64,000 nucleotides of DNA from Candidatus Levyibacteriota bacterium (lineage in GTDB: Bacteria; Patescibacteriota; Microgenomatia; Levybacterales; UBA12049), in the NCBI GenBank assembly GCA_003173895.1, contig PJMG01000006.1, positions 2,820 through 66,819 of the forward strand, in the 5' to 3' direction. This document shows positions 1-9,094 of the stretch, piece after piece. Every line of letters starts with the position of its first letter. Position 1 is the stretch's first letter. The notes under the pieces are model-generated. The model saw nothing but the letters and a program-made list of their open reading frames with translations. It was not told the origin of the DNA and ran no database searches. The position numbers and the translations under genes were made by a program.

Positions 1-103
1 GATATGTTCCTAATTCACTATTAACGAATAAAACTCTTTGCTCACTTGATTTTTGAGCTATACGCAGTGCCTCACGAATTACAGGAGTTAATTCTGATTG
101 CAT
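1..103 (-). CDS. partial hypothetical protein (N-terminal fragment; gene runs off the window start)
   Basis: Reverse-strand ATG at 101-103 opens a frame (MQSELTPVIREALRIAQKSSEQRVLFVN...) that continues past position 1; not in the ORF track because it is truncated. Confidence 0.3.
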   Translation of the reverse strand, partial: MQSELTPVIREALRIAQKSSEQRVLFVNSELGTY

Positions 104-153
104 AAATTTATGAAAATTAAACCGGAAGAATTATATCATGAATGAGGAAAAAA

Positions 154-774
154 TTAAAGATAATCGATTGCGTTTTTTAAAAATATTACTATTGGACGAC
201 CATCTATATTAGATATAGTTTCAAATGCCCCTTCAGGTATAGGTCCCTTTAAACTATCAGGTAAAACAAGTACTGCCATTACTATTTCTTTACCATTATA
301 CATTCCTGTAGATACGGAATCATCAACGTCTTCAATAGCATATTCTAAAACTTCTGAAATAGCGGTTTCAGAATCTATATCTGGATTTACTTCACCTGCA
401 CCTATTTTTACATTCCCTATCTGCTGTTCTCCAGCTTTATATTTAGATTTTGCTAGAGTATTCCAACCAGCAGTAATAACTATGTCTCTGCCCATTACCA
501 CGATACCATTTAAACCACCTTGAATTTCTTCACCAATTTTATCAGCAATTTGTACTAATCTTTTTCCTACTTGGTCATAAGAAACACCTTCTCCTTCTTT
601 AAAACCTAACCATTCTAAATCTGGAGTAGGTTTAATAACTTTTAATTCTGGAAGTACCAATCTTTTAGATATTTGAGGCTCAACTAAAGGAGCGATTGCA
701 GGAGTTTCAGGCGTTGCTGTTGCTACCGCTACTCTTGTTTGTCTTTGTCCTTGATGTTCAATTTCAAGTGCCAT
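154..774 (-). CDS. hypothetical protein
   Basis: 206-aa intact ORF with no motif I recognise; Gly/Val/Ile-rich, acidic C-terminal half. Confidence 0.4.
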   Translation of the reverse strand: MALEIEHQGQRQTRVAVATATPETPAIAPLVEPQISKRLVLPELKVIKPTPDLEWLGFKEGEGVSYDQVGKRLVQIADKIGEEIQGGLNGIVVMGRDIVITAGWNTLAKSKYKAGEQQIGNVKIGAGEVNPDIDSETAISEVLEYAIEDVDDSVSTGMYNGKEIVMAVLVLPDSLKGPIPEGAFETISNIDGRPIVIFLKNAIDYL

Positions 775-868
775 ATTTTTGTCTGAGTTATGTTACAAAA
801 ATGTAATATTTTTGTAATAAAAATAAAATATACACCTATGCTGCTTAGTTGTCAACACCCATTTTAGG

Positions 869-896
869 TTGCAATATTACATTCAAATGCTATAAT
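869..896 (+). promoter_or_regulatory. sigma-70-type promoter for the sigma-factor gene, leaderless-type
   Basis: TTGCAA (869-874), 16-bp spacer, TGc-TATAAT (891-896); the ATG at 907 is only 10 nt downstream, and no SD is present. Confidence 0.45.
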
Positions 897-906
897 ATAG
901 GCTCTT

Positions 907-3153
907 ATGAGCTTAGAGATGTTGATTCCTAGACAAAATATAGATGATCCCACTATAAGTGGCTTTTCGTCTCCCGAAAAACTTCCAGAGGGCGTTCAAC
1001 AAACTCTTAATATCCGTGCCCTAACCAGGCAAATAGCAAAAGAAAGAGAAATTAATCTAAGGGGAGGCATGTTACAACAAATTAATGAATTAGCACAAAA
1101 AGCACAAGAATATTTATCTAAAGATCAGTTAGGAAATAAATATTTCTGTGAAGGACTTGCTTCAGTTATAAAACAAACTCTTTATGTTCAAAGTAAAGTA
1201 GAAAACTCTCATTCCTTAAAAGAATTTTCAATAGCAGATAATTTAGAGAATTTAATTAATGCTTATACCATAGAATATAACCAAACATTACAAAATGCTC
1301 AAGCTACTAATATTTTTACTACTACACAATGCCTTATAGTGGCAGAATATGGAGCTTTATATCATGGACCAAAGTTTCTAGATGAATTATTAAAATCTGA
1401 AGGTGCTAAAGATCTTATTTATTCTGATGCTGTTTTCTTTTCTATTGCCCACTGGGTTTCTGATCCTACAACTGCTTTATTAAAATTAAATCAAAAAATG
1501 CATGAATTAAGAAATAGTTATCCTCAAGCTAGCTCTAGAGCTTTATTCGATGCTGCGCGACAACCAAATCGTGCAGAACAAATACTGAATAATTTAATTA
1601 TTGATGTATATGCAAAACAATTTAAATTGGATTTATATATAGTAAAAGATGCTTTTAAAGCTATGCCTACAGAGGCAGCTATAACGTTCTTAAAAGAATT
1701 TAATGAGAGTATTAAATCTTTAAAGACTCTTTATCCTGGTTATGATGAATATATATATAGAAAAATTTTGTCAAAATATAGAGAGAATGTTCAGAAAGTG
1801 TTACAAAACTTACCCACGCAGATCATAAAATTATTAGCTATTTCTAAATATAAGGGACTTTCTAAAGAACTCTTAATTGCTGCTATAGCATATAACTATA
1901 ATAATCCTCAACAATTTCTTGACAACTATCTAGAAAAACACCCTATACGTCAAGAAGAAATAAGTAAAATGCCTACTTTAATTAAATCTATTATCTTAAA
2001 AGAACTTCTTACAGTATCGGAAATAGAATCTTCAGAACTCATAGCTCAAATTTTAACGGAATTAAAAAGGCATAATATTTTTGACCCTGAACAATACAAT
2101 CATAAAATTAGTAACTATTTAAATAATCTTTATCAAAATGGTGTTATCGGTGTTAGACATATACGTCAAAATTTAAATATTTATTTTTTACCTAAAGAAA
2201 ATGAGCTAATTGCAAAAGAAGAATTAATTGAAACTTCAGAATTTCCTACAGAACTTATTACAGAGAATACAGAAAATTCAGAAGAAGTAGAAATGGTAAG
2301 TTCAGAAGAAGCTGAAGATATGTTTAAAAATGATCCTAGTCTGCAGGATGTTAGTGACTCTGAAACTATGTATATACGAGAAGCTACTAAATTGCCACTT
2401 TTAAATCATTCTCAAGAAATAGAATTAGCTAAAAGAATAGAAAAAGGAGATAAAGAAGCGAGAGAATTATTCATAAAAGCAAATATGCGCCTCGTTATCT
2501 CTATAGCTAAAAAATATAGAGGAAGACATTTATCGTTTCTAGATCTCATTCAAGAAGGTAATATAGGATTAATAGAAGCAGTTGAGACCTATGACTGGAG
2601 ACGAGGTTCTAGATTCTCTACGCACGCTACTTGGCTTATTAGACGAGATATTCTATCTGCTTTAAATGATAAATCGAGAATCATACGTATACCAACACAT
2701 ATGATTACTAAAATTAATCGTGTAAATAGAGAACGTAATAGATTAACTCAAGAATTGGGTCATGAACCATCAAATGAGGAATTATCTAAGGAATTAGGCA
2801 TAACATTAGATGCTTTAAACGAAATTGAAGAAGCACAGATTCAAATGTATTCTCTTGATGCTCCTTTAGATGACGAGCCAGATAATTCATTAGGTGATTT
2901 TGTAGAAGATGAAAGAGATGATTATGAAAATGTAGAGACAGATGATATTTCTATGACCATACAAGAAGCATTAGCTATTCTTACAGAGCGAGAGAAACAA
3001 GTTATTATATATAGATTTTATCATAGTAAAAGTTTAATAGAAACAGGAAGAGAATTAGGTGTTGGTCGAGAAAGAGTTAGACAAATAGAAACTACAGCTA
3101 TAAATAAACTTAGATCCCCTAAAGCAATACGTATTTTACAAGAAGCTCGCTAA
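907..3153 (+). CDS. RNA polymerase sigma-70 family sigma factor with a ~480-aa non-homologous N-terminal extension
   Basis: The C-terminal ~260 aa carry regions 1.2-4.2: [54 protein letters not shown] (region 2), region 3, and [36 protein letters not shown] (region 4 HTH). An acidic stretch precedes region 1.2. The N-terminal 480 aa match nothing I recognise. Confidence 0.8.
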   Translation: MSLEMLIPRQNIDDPTISGFSSPEKLPEGVQQTLNIRALTRQIAKEREINLRGGMLQQINELAQKAQEYLSKDQLGNKYFCEGLASVIKQTLYVQSKVENSHSLKEFSIADNLENLINAYTIEYNQTLQNAQATNIFTTTQCLIVAEYGALYHGPKFLDELLKSEGAKDLIYSDAVFFSIAHWVSDPTTALLKLNQKMHELRNSYPQASSRALFDAARQPNRAEQILNNLIIDVYAKQFKLDLYIVKDAFKAMPTEAAITFLKEFNESIKSLKTLYPGYDEYIYRKILSKYRENVQKVLQNLPTQIIKLLAISKYKGLSKELLIAAIAYNYNNPQQFLDNYLEKHPIRQEEISKMPTLIKSIILKELLTVSEIESSELIAQILTELKRHNIFDPEQYNHKISNYLNNLYQNGVIGVRHIRQNLNIYFLPKENELIAKEELIETSEFPTELITENTENSEEVEMVSSEEAEDMFKNDPSLQDVSDSETMYIREATKLPLLNHSQEIELAKRIEKGDKEARELFIKANMRLVISIAKKYRGRHLSFLDLIQEGNIGLIEAVETYDWRRGSRFSTHATWLIRRDILSALNDKSRIIRIPTHMITKINRVNRERNRLTQELGHEPSNEELSKELGITLDALNEIEEAQIQMYSLDAPLDDEPDNSLGDFVEDERDDYENVETDDISMTIQEALAILTEREKQVIIYRFYHSKSLIETGRELGVGRERVRQIETTAINKLRSPKAIRILQEAR

Positions 3154-3201
3154 CTTTTCCCTTGCTCCCCTACTTTTCATATGTTAGTCTAGATAAATAG
3201 T

Positions 3202-5613
3202 ATGCTTTCATTTTTAAATCGCGCTATTAGATATCTTTTTTACGCACTTTTCTTTTTAATACCACTAACATTTTGGGGCTCTACATCAGAACTTTTTGAG
3301 TTTAATAAAATGTGGCTGACTTTTATCATCACTATTCTTATAGCAGCCTGCTGGATTTCTAAAATGATCATTACTAAGAAATTTATCTTTAAAAGAACTC
3401 CACTAGATATTCCTATCGGTCTTTTTCTACTTTCCCAAATCATCTCTACTATCTTTACTCTAGACCATCATGTTTCACTTTGGGGTTATTATGGCCGTTG
3501 GAACGGCGGATTGTTATCAATTATCTCTTATATCTTTTTATATTATGCCCTGGTTAGTAATATATTGAATGACAAGCAAGGGGTGGTGAACCTGGAAGGG
3601 ATCCCGATGGCGCGCAACGATTTAATTACGAAGCAATTACCTAGTGAGCACCAGCGGGAGGGAAAGGTTCGACAGGACCCCGCATTAGCAGGACCCGCGT
3701 TCTTAAATCAACCTTTTGTCTTTAACATCCTAAAAATTTCTCTTCTTTCAGGCTTTATCGTCTGCCTTTGGGGTCTTCCAGGACATTTCGGTTACGATCC
3801 TACTTGTTTATTGTTCCGTGGCCATTTGGATGTTTCCTGTTGGACCGCTGATTTTCAACCTAAAATTAGAATTTTCTCTACTCTTGGCCAACCCGATTGG
3901 CTCGCTGCCTATTTAGCTATTCTTATTCCAATCTCTTTATTTTTCGCACTTTCAAATGCTTATTCATTTTTCACCCGCGATAAAAGATTAAAAATAAATT
4001 ATCAACCTCTACTCTATTCTCTTGGCTATTCGCTCTTAACCATGTGTTACTTCATAGCATCTATCTATACTCAATCTAAAAGCGGCTTTATAGGCATTAT
4101 TTTAGAACTAGTCATTTTCTGGTTAATAATTTTAATTAAGCAAAATAAAGATAAACTGTTCTTTAAATTATTTGTAATTTGTTTCTTTACCATTGGTATT
4201 ATTGTTTTCTTAGTTGGTTCTCCATTCGCTCAAATTAATAAATTTACTTTTCCTAGCTTACAGAATATTTTTAGTTCTAAGTCAACATCTACCACTCATC
4301 CATCAACTGGTGGAACACAACCAATTGCTGCTCCCGCTGGCGAGCTCGGCGGAACAGACAGTGGAAAGATCAGACTTTTCGTTTGGGAAGGAGCCGTAAA
4401 AGCTTGGCTAGCTCATCCTATTTTCGGTACAGGAGTGGAAACATTCGCCTTCGCATACTATTTATATAGACCAGCCGGACATAATCTAACTTCTGAATGG
4501 GATTACCTTTATAATAAAGCTCATAATGAATATCTCAACTATCTCGCCACCACTGGAGCCTTCGGCCTTTTAACTTACTTATCAATCCTGAGTATCTTTA
4601 TTTTTTTAATCTTAAAACAAATCTTTAGAAACAAGTCCATTATTGTCATTCCCGCGAAGGCGGGAATCTATGCAGAGGGATCCCCGATCAGGTCGGGGAT
4701 GACAAAAGAAACTCTACTTATAGCATTACTATCTTCCTATACCGGTATTCTCATCACTAACTTTTTTGGTTTTTCAGTAGTTATAGTTAATATTTATCTA
4801 TTTCTAATCCCCGCTTTGTTTTTTCTATTTATTAAGCAAGCGGATTTTAATACAGATTCCCAACAACTAGGCAAACCTTTAGCTCTTTCTTCAGGACAAA
4901 TTTTCGCTATGATTATAACTTTCTTAATTGGTCTTTATCTTATTATTGTGTTGATAAATTATTGGACTGCGGATCAGGACTATGCTTATGGTCAGGGCTT
5001 AGATCATCTCAGCCTTTTTGATAAAGCTTATCCTTACCTAAAAAGTGCTGCTGATAAGAGACCTAGTGAACCTGTATTTAAAGACGAACTTTCTGTAGCT
5101 GAAGGCAGTTTAGCCTTAGCCGAAGCCCAAAATAATAATCTAAATCTAGCGAATACTTTTGCTGAGAATGCTATTAACACCAGTGATGAACTAATCACTA
5201 ACTATCCTAATGACATCATTTTTTGGAAAAGCAGAATTAGAATTTTCTACGCATTATCTGAAGTGGATAAAAAATATTTAGCTTATGCCTTACAAGCTGC
5301 CCAAGAAGCTAATAAATTAGCTCCTACAGATGCTAAAGTCTCATATAATTTAGGCGTATTATATGCCCAAAACGGCGATTTAGATAAAGCTATTTCTACT
5401 CTTAAACAGACTATCGCACTAAAAAAAGACTATTCTGATGCATATTTTGCTTTAGGTTTAGTTTATAGAACCAAAGCATTGGATAAGAATGGAAAATTGA
5501 TAGATAAGGAAGCAGAAGCCAATGCTGTTTATTATATGAAGTATATTTTAAACAACTTTGATCCAAATAATGCTGACGTTATAAAAAACCTCCAAAGTTG
5601 GGGCGAGCTGTAA
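3202..5613 (+). CDS. O-antigen ligase (Wzy_C)-like polytopic membrane protein with C-terminal TPR repeats; contains two in-frame GC-rich repeat insertions
   Basis: Multiple TM helices. Wzy_C-like core WEGAVKAWLAHPIFGTGVETF...HNEYLNYLATTGAFGLL. C-terminal TPR-like repeats (AYFALGLVYRTKALDKNGKL...). A gene with this architecture has been reported in Patescibacteria-type genomes. Confidence 0.7.
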   Translation: MLSFLNRAIRYLFYALFFLIPLTFWGSTSELFEFNKMWLTFIITILIAACWISKMIITKKFIFKRTPLDIPIGLFLLSQIISTIFTLDHHVSLWGYYGRWNGGLLSIISYIFLYYALVSNILNDKQGVVNLEGIPMARNDLITKQLPSEHQREGKVRQDPALAGPAFLNQPFVFNILKISLLSGFIVCLWGLPGHFGYDPTCLLFRGHLDVSCWTADFQPKIRIFSTLGQPDWLAAYLAILIPISLFFALSNAYSFFTRDKRLKINYQPLLYSLGYSLLTMCYFIASIYTQSKSGFIGIILELVIFWLIILIKQNKDKLFFKLFVICFFTIGIIVFLVGSPFAQINKFTFPSLQNIFSSKSTSTTHPSTGGTQPIAAPAGELGGTDSGKIRLFVWEGAVKAWLAHPIFGTGVETFAFAYYLYRPAGHNLTSEWDYLYNKAHNEYLNYLATTGAFGLLTYLSILSIFIFLILKQIFRNKSIIVIPAKAGIYAEGSPIRSGMTKETLLIALLSSYTGILITNFFGFSVVIVNIYLFLIPALFFLFIKQADFNTDSQQLGKPLALSSGQIFAMIITFLIGLYLIIVLINYWTADQDYAYGQGLDHLSLFDKAYPYLKSAADKRPSEPVFKDELSVAEGSLALAEAQNNNLNLANTFAENAINTSDELITNYPNDIIFWKSRIRIFYALSEVDKKYLAYALQAAQEANKLAPTDAKVSYNLGVLYAQNGDLDKAISTLKQTIALKKDYSDAYFALGLVYRTKALDKNGKLIDKEAEANAVYYMKYILNNFDPNNADVIKNLQSWGEL
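3578..3702. repeat. GC-rich element family 2 (AAGGGGTGG...CGACAGGACCCCG), full-length copy inserted in-frame in the CDS 3202-5613
   Basis: A ~125-bp island of about 55% GC inside an AT-rich gene. It encodes a hydrophilic loop (QGVVNLEGIPMARNDLITKQLPSEHQREGKVRQDPALAGPAFL) between two hydrophobic segments. Related copies sit at 24008-24057 and 26405-26426. Confidence 0.6.
4644..4704. repeat. MITE-like palindromic element family 1 (TGTCATyC...CGAAGG...GATGACA), in-frame inside the CDS 3202-5613
   Basis: tgtcattcccgcgaaggcgggaatc...gatccccgatcaggtcggggatgaca: two GC hairpins bounded by a TGTCAT/ATGACA terminal inverted repeat. It is translated as IPAKAGIYAEGSPIRSGMTKE without breaking the frame. 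Confidence 0.6.
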
Positions 5614-5623
5614 TTTATCATAG

Positions 5624-5662
5624 TTTATAGTATATAGTTCACTGTAAACCATATACTATAAA
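5624..5662 (+). terminator. AT-rich hairpin downstream of the 3202-5613 gene (possible terminator)
   Basis: 12-bp stem tttatagtatat / atatactataaa around a 15-nt loop, 10 nt after the stop; no clear U-tract follows. Confidence 0.3.
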
Positions 5663-5695
5663 TAAGCAGAAGAATAAATTTGGGCTAATCTTACC

Positions 5696-5812
5696 TTGAC
5701 AAAAGATGATCTATTGTACATAATGTACTTACAAAGGCTCTGTTTTCGAATTGTCACCGTATGGTGCGCGTTCCAGGCTTACGTTTGGATAGAAAGCAGA
5801 GTCGTTTTTTAT
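5696..5812 (+). ncRNA. candidate small RNA or bidirectional terminator structure driven by a consensus promoter
   Basis: TTGACA (5696-5701), 17 bp, CATAAT (5719-5724). Then a long-range stem GGCTCTG (5736-5742) / CAGAGTC (5797-5803) encloses an inner hairpin CACCGTATGGTG and is followed by GTTTTTT. No + strand CDS lies downstream. The structure overlaps the stop of the DUF3800 gene and could simply be its terminator. Confidence 0.3.
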
Positions 5813-6426
5813 TTAAATTCCCAAATGTCTTCTATATGTTTCTTACCTAACATATCAAGATAACTTTTATCTTTCTTTGTATAATTAGCATAAATACTTC
5901 CAGCAACCATATCCGCAAGCTGAATAAGTGTATTTTCCTTAGAGTCAACAAATTTGAGATCTATAAATATTTTTTTGCTTCTGTTATTTAATTCACGGCT
6001 TAAGTACACTCGAAGTTGATCTCTTAATGATTTTTCTCCTCGTTTATCAAAACGTAACTTGGCACCTTTAATATGCTCACTGTTTAGTAATACCTGCATG
6101 ATTACGTAATTATAAAAATTTTCTTTATCATTTCTGAGTCTAGGACTGTAAATTATTTTCTTATCAACCACAATAGCTCTTACTTTAAAATCAAATGGTT
6201 GAACTGTAGTCATGAATGCAGTCTTAAATCTTTTGTCTGTCTTATTAAATTTGAATTCGTATAAGTCTGATACCTTAAGTCTTCTCCGTAGTTCCTTTAT
6301 TGCTAATGAAGTTTTTTCTGCTTCTAAATTATCAATAAAAATTACCATTGAAATAATAAATACAGTACTTGAACCTTTTTGAAGCCGGAAACCTGGATCT
6401 CCAGAATCATCTATAAAAATAAGCAT
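5809..6426 (-). CDS. DUF3800 family protein
   Basis: N-terminal MLIFIDDSGDPGF (the DUF3800 IYIDESG-type motif) and C-terminal LIQLADMVAGSI (QxADxxAG motif). Confidence 0.55.
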   Translation of the reverse strand: MLIFIDDSGDPGFRLQKGSSTVFIISMVIFIDNLEAEKTSLAIKELRRRLKVSDLYEFKFNKTDKRFKTAFMTTVQPFDFKVRAIVVDKKIIYSPRLRNDKENFYNYVIMQVLLNSEHIKGAKLRFDKRGEKSLRDQLRVYLSRELNNRSKKIFIDLKFVDSKENTLIQLADMVAGSIYANYTKKDKSYLDMLGKKHIEDIWEFK

Positions 6427-6643
6427 AATAGATATTAGTATACTACTTCGATCTTAATTAGTATTATTTAATTTTTAATTATAGGGTTTAGAAAAATTGT
6501 CTTTTATCAGACAAGAATTATTATCTGATACCCCATAGTTTTAACACAAACAACGGTTATCGAATAGACATTTGTTAAGCTCCAAACACTATATTTAACC
6601 CCATAATGTGTTTATAAAATAACAGCCCAATTTTATTATAGGC

Positions 6644-6672
6644 TTGACGGATGATATGTTTTGATCTATACT
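6644..6672 (+). promoter_or_regulatory. sigma-70-type promoter, leaderless-type, for the 6684 gene
   Basis: TTGACG (6644-6649), 17 bp, TATACT (6667-6672); the ATG at 6684 leaves a predicted 5'UTR of about 5 nt. Confidence 0.4.
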
Positions 6673-6683
6673 TTTCATGAAAA

Positions 6684-8234
6684 ATGGGAGTTGAATCAAA
6701 TATTAATCCATCCCCTACAGAAAACCATTCAAGTAAACCAAATAGAAGATTGCGTTTACCTACACCAATAGCTAGAACCTTAACTAAAGCAGCTTTATAT
6801 GGTACACTTCTTCCAAATCTAATTGCCCCGTTAAAAGGATTAACTCCTAATATTAATACACAAAATTTCTTTTCAGGTAATACTACTAGCTTATCACTTC
6901 AAGATGCAGAATCTCTAGGTATTATAGATTCCAAATCAGCTCTAGCTTCAAATCCTGAATTTATTAAAGAACTTAATGATACCATTACAATTACGGCTCC
7001 CGACACACATATTGAAGTAGATAATAATCAAGTATTTTTAGTTCAAAATGGACAAAAGGTGGGATTAATTGAAGAACATAAATTTTCACACCCAGATGAA
7101 CAATCAGCTGTCTTAGATATTTTTCAAGTACATACTGATCAAAACGGTGATGTAACTATTACTGGTGCAGCAGCTATGGTTCACGTCACAGAAGATGATT
7201 TCCCTGTTGCGCTTGCTGCACAAAATTTTGATTTGCAAAATGTAGGAGGTATTAGTGTTCGTGATATCACTATAAGTACAAATTTTGATTGGAATCAACC
7301 ATTTACTACAAATGGTCAAGAACATGTACTCCGAATTAATGATACAAACGCTTATCAAGACTTTCTTGGGAAAATTAAATATGATAATACTTCCCAAAAA
7401 CTACAATCAGTATTGGTTGGTTATGATAATAACGTAAATGAGGTTATTTTTGCATGCAACGATGGTACAGCAATAGATTTTAATAAACCAGTTACTATTT
7501 ATACTAATGATAAAACTTCGTATATAACGGTAATAAGTGGTGCAGAAGCACAAAAATTGCTGTCTGGTAAAAATGTCATTATCGGAGCAATCGTTGTTAA
7601 TAAGGATTCCAATACTTTTGATAGTCTTGCAGTTATTCAAGAGGGTCGTAATTCTAATGTAGGATATATCCTAGATGGAAAACCACAACATTTTGGGATA
7701 ATAGATCCAAACGTTCTTAATGCTTTAAAATTACCCTATCCAGTTTCTACTATTAAACTTGATTTAAATAACGCATATATAAAAGATGGTAAACGAATAA
7801 TACCAATAGCTGATAGTCCCTACTTTATAGCTGTACCACAAGAATATAAAGTAATATGGACTGATACTGGTGATTTAATTCTTATCGCTACTAATGGTGC
7901 TCAAAACATTTTTTTCAATATGACTTTGGATAATAAACAATTAGATCTAGAATATTCAAATCCAGATACAGACTTAGGTATAGATTTTTTACCTCTAGGT
8001 AGTACTGGTACAGGTGGAATTATAATAAAAAGTGACACATTGCCAAATACTTTTTTCATTAGAGATTTAGCTAGACCATCTCGAGTCACACCTTCAGGAA
8101 CAACAAATAGTCAAAGTGAAAATTTACCCATCATTATAGGAGGATTAGGTTTAGGAGGATTAGGTTTAGAAGAAGTAATTAGACGCTATGTACACCGAAG
8201 AAGTAGAAAAAGTATTTTAAGAAAGCATGGTTAA
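6684..8234 (+). CDS. hypothetical protein (Gly-Leu repeat and basic C-terminus)
   Basis: 516-aa ORF with no motif I recognise. The C-terminus is IIGGLGLGGLGLEE followed by an RRSRK tail. It is probably exported or surface-associated. Confidence 0.4.
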   Translation: MGVESNINPSPTENHSSKPNRRLRLPTPIARTLTKAALYGTLLPNLIAPLKGLTPNINTQNFFSGNTTSLSLQDAESLGIIDSKSALASNPEFIKELNDTITITAPDTHIEVDNNQVFLVQNGQKVGLIEEHKFSHPDEQSAVLDIFQVHTDQNGDVTITGAAAMVHVTEDDFPVALAAQNFDLQNVGGISVRDITISTNFDWNQPFTTNGQEHVLRINDTNAYQDFLGKIKYDNTSQKLQSVLVGYDNNVNEVIFACNDGTAIDFNKPVTIYTNDKTSYITVISGAEAQKLLSGKNVIIGAIVVNKDSNTFDSLAVIQEGRNSNVGYILDGKPQHFGIIDPNVLNALKLPYPVSTIKLDLNNAYIKDGKRIIPIADSPYFIAVPQEYKVIWTDTGDLILIATNGAQNIFFNMTLDNKQLDLEYSNPDTDLGIDFLPLGSTGTGGIIIKSDTLPNTFFIRDLARPSRVTPSGTTNSQSENLPIIIGGLGLGGLGLEEVIRRYVHRRSRKSILRKHG

Positions 8235-8314
8235 ATAGAAAAAATTCAATTTTTATACCTTATAAGTACTCCTTGACTTTCTCTGAAAAAAAATTATAAG
8301 CTAAATAATAGCTA

Positions 8315-9022
8315 ATGAAAAAGAGTAAAAAGCGGGTAAATAAAAAAAATCTTTTATACAAACATCGTCATCATTTTATATCCATATCTCTACTTGTTTT
8401 AGCTTTAGTTTTAATGATTTTTCCACGTTTAAATATTACGAATAGCGCTACAGCAAATAATCCAACTATTAGACAACCTTTAGTGTCTGGAAAATGTGAT
8501 GGTATCCATGCTACACAGTCTTTTGCTTGGAATCCTACATTATCTGGTAAATATATAGTAGTTTATGGCGTTGGAAGTAATTTTAGCTGGATTAGAACTA
8601 CAGCAACTTCCGCTACTGCTACTGTATCTACCGTTTGTTCTCCAGAAAGTAGTTGTTATGGTAAAACAGGATTCGTAAAAATTGCTAATGATGATGGAAA
8701 AGGTAACTATGGTACTGTTATACATTTTACTGTGGCTAAATGTGTGAATAGACAACCTATTACTTCCTCAAATGATTGTAAATTACATCCTGGAGGAATT
8801 TGTGTAGCTCTTAAAAATCCAAATGGTACATGGAAATATCATAGCTGTGCTCAAGCAGGACATCCGGGATATAATGTAGATCCAGGAGATCCATTCTGTG
8901 ATGGAGATTTTAATCATTATTGTTGCTTTCCATCAACTTCCTCTACCCCTAAACCTACAGCAACTCCTACACCATTTCATAAATATGTCCCAATAGGACC
9001 TGGCACTCTTAGAACACTCTAG
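8315..9022 (+). CDS. secreted or membrane-anchored Cys-rich protein with a Thr/Pro linker
   Basis: Basic N-terminus plus TM/signal segment (ISISLLVLALVLMIF), about 12 Cys, and a TPKPTATPTP linker. Confidence 0.4.
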   Translation: MKKSKKRVNKKNLLYKHRHHFISISLLVLALVLMIFPRLNITNSATANNPTIRQPLVSGKCDGIHATQSFAWNPTLSGKYIVVYGVGSNFSWIRTTATSATATVSTVCSPESSCYGKTGFVKIANDDGKGNYGTVIHFTVAKCVNRQPITSSNDCKLHPGGICVALKNPNGTWKYHSCAQAGHPGYNVDPGDPFCDGDFNHYCCFPSTSSTPKPTATPTPFHKYVPIGPGTLRTL

Positions 9023-9094
9023 AATATTTGTGTAGTTATCCTATATAACAGCTTTTTATTGACAATCAATCTAAAAATTAGCTAGCATGATAGT

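Noticed and set aside
3240-3443. Small antisense or internal ORFs from the six-frame track. Examples are 3240-3443, 4214-4399, 7113-7397, 7407-7640, 7901-8089, 8540-8755, 9879-10136, 9883-10179, 10176-10418, 13482-13685, 16134-16382, 20175-20609, 22403-22597, 29150-29419, 32060-32275, 36804-36986, 37320-37514, 38081-38443, 39171-39440, 40482-40724, 41393-41587, 45146-45388, 46469-46654, 52988-53299, 54114-54314, 54399-54584, 57241-57570, 58170-58370, 59133-59318, 60519-60737, 61047-61268, 62599-62919 and 63320-63535.
   Set aside because: Each lies wholly inside, or mostly overlaps, a longer and better-supported ORF on the opposite strand or in another frame. Their composition is low-complexity, which is typical of AT-rich shadow ORFs.
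5735-5810. Possible tRNA (GTTTTCGAATTG resembles a T-loop)
   Set aside because: There is no cloverleaf. The acceptor stem, D arm and anticodon arm cannot be formed. It fits better as a terminator or sRNA hairpin.
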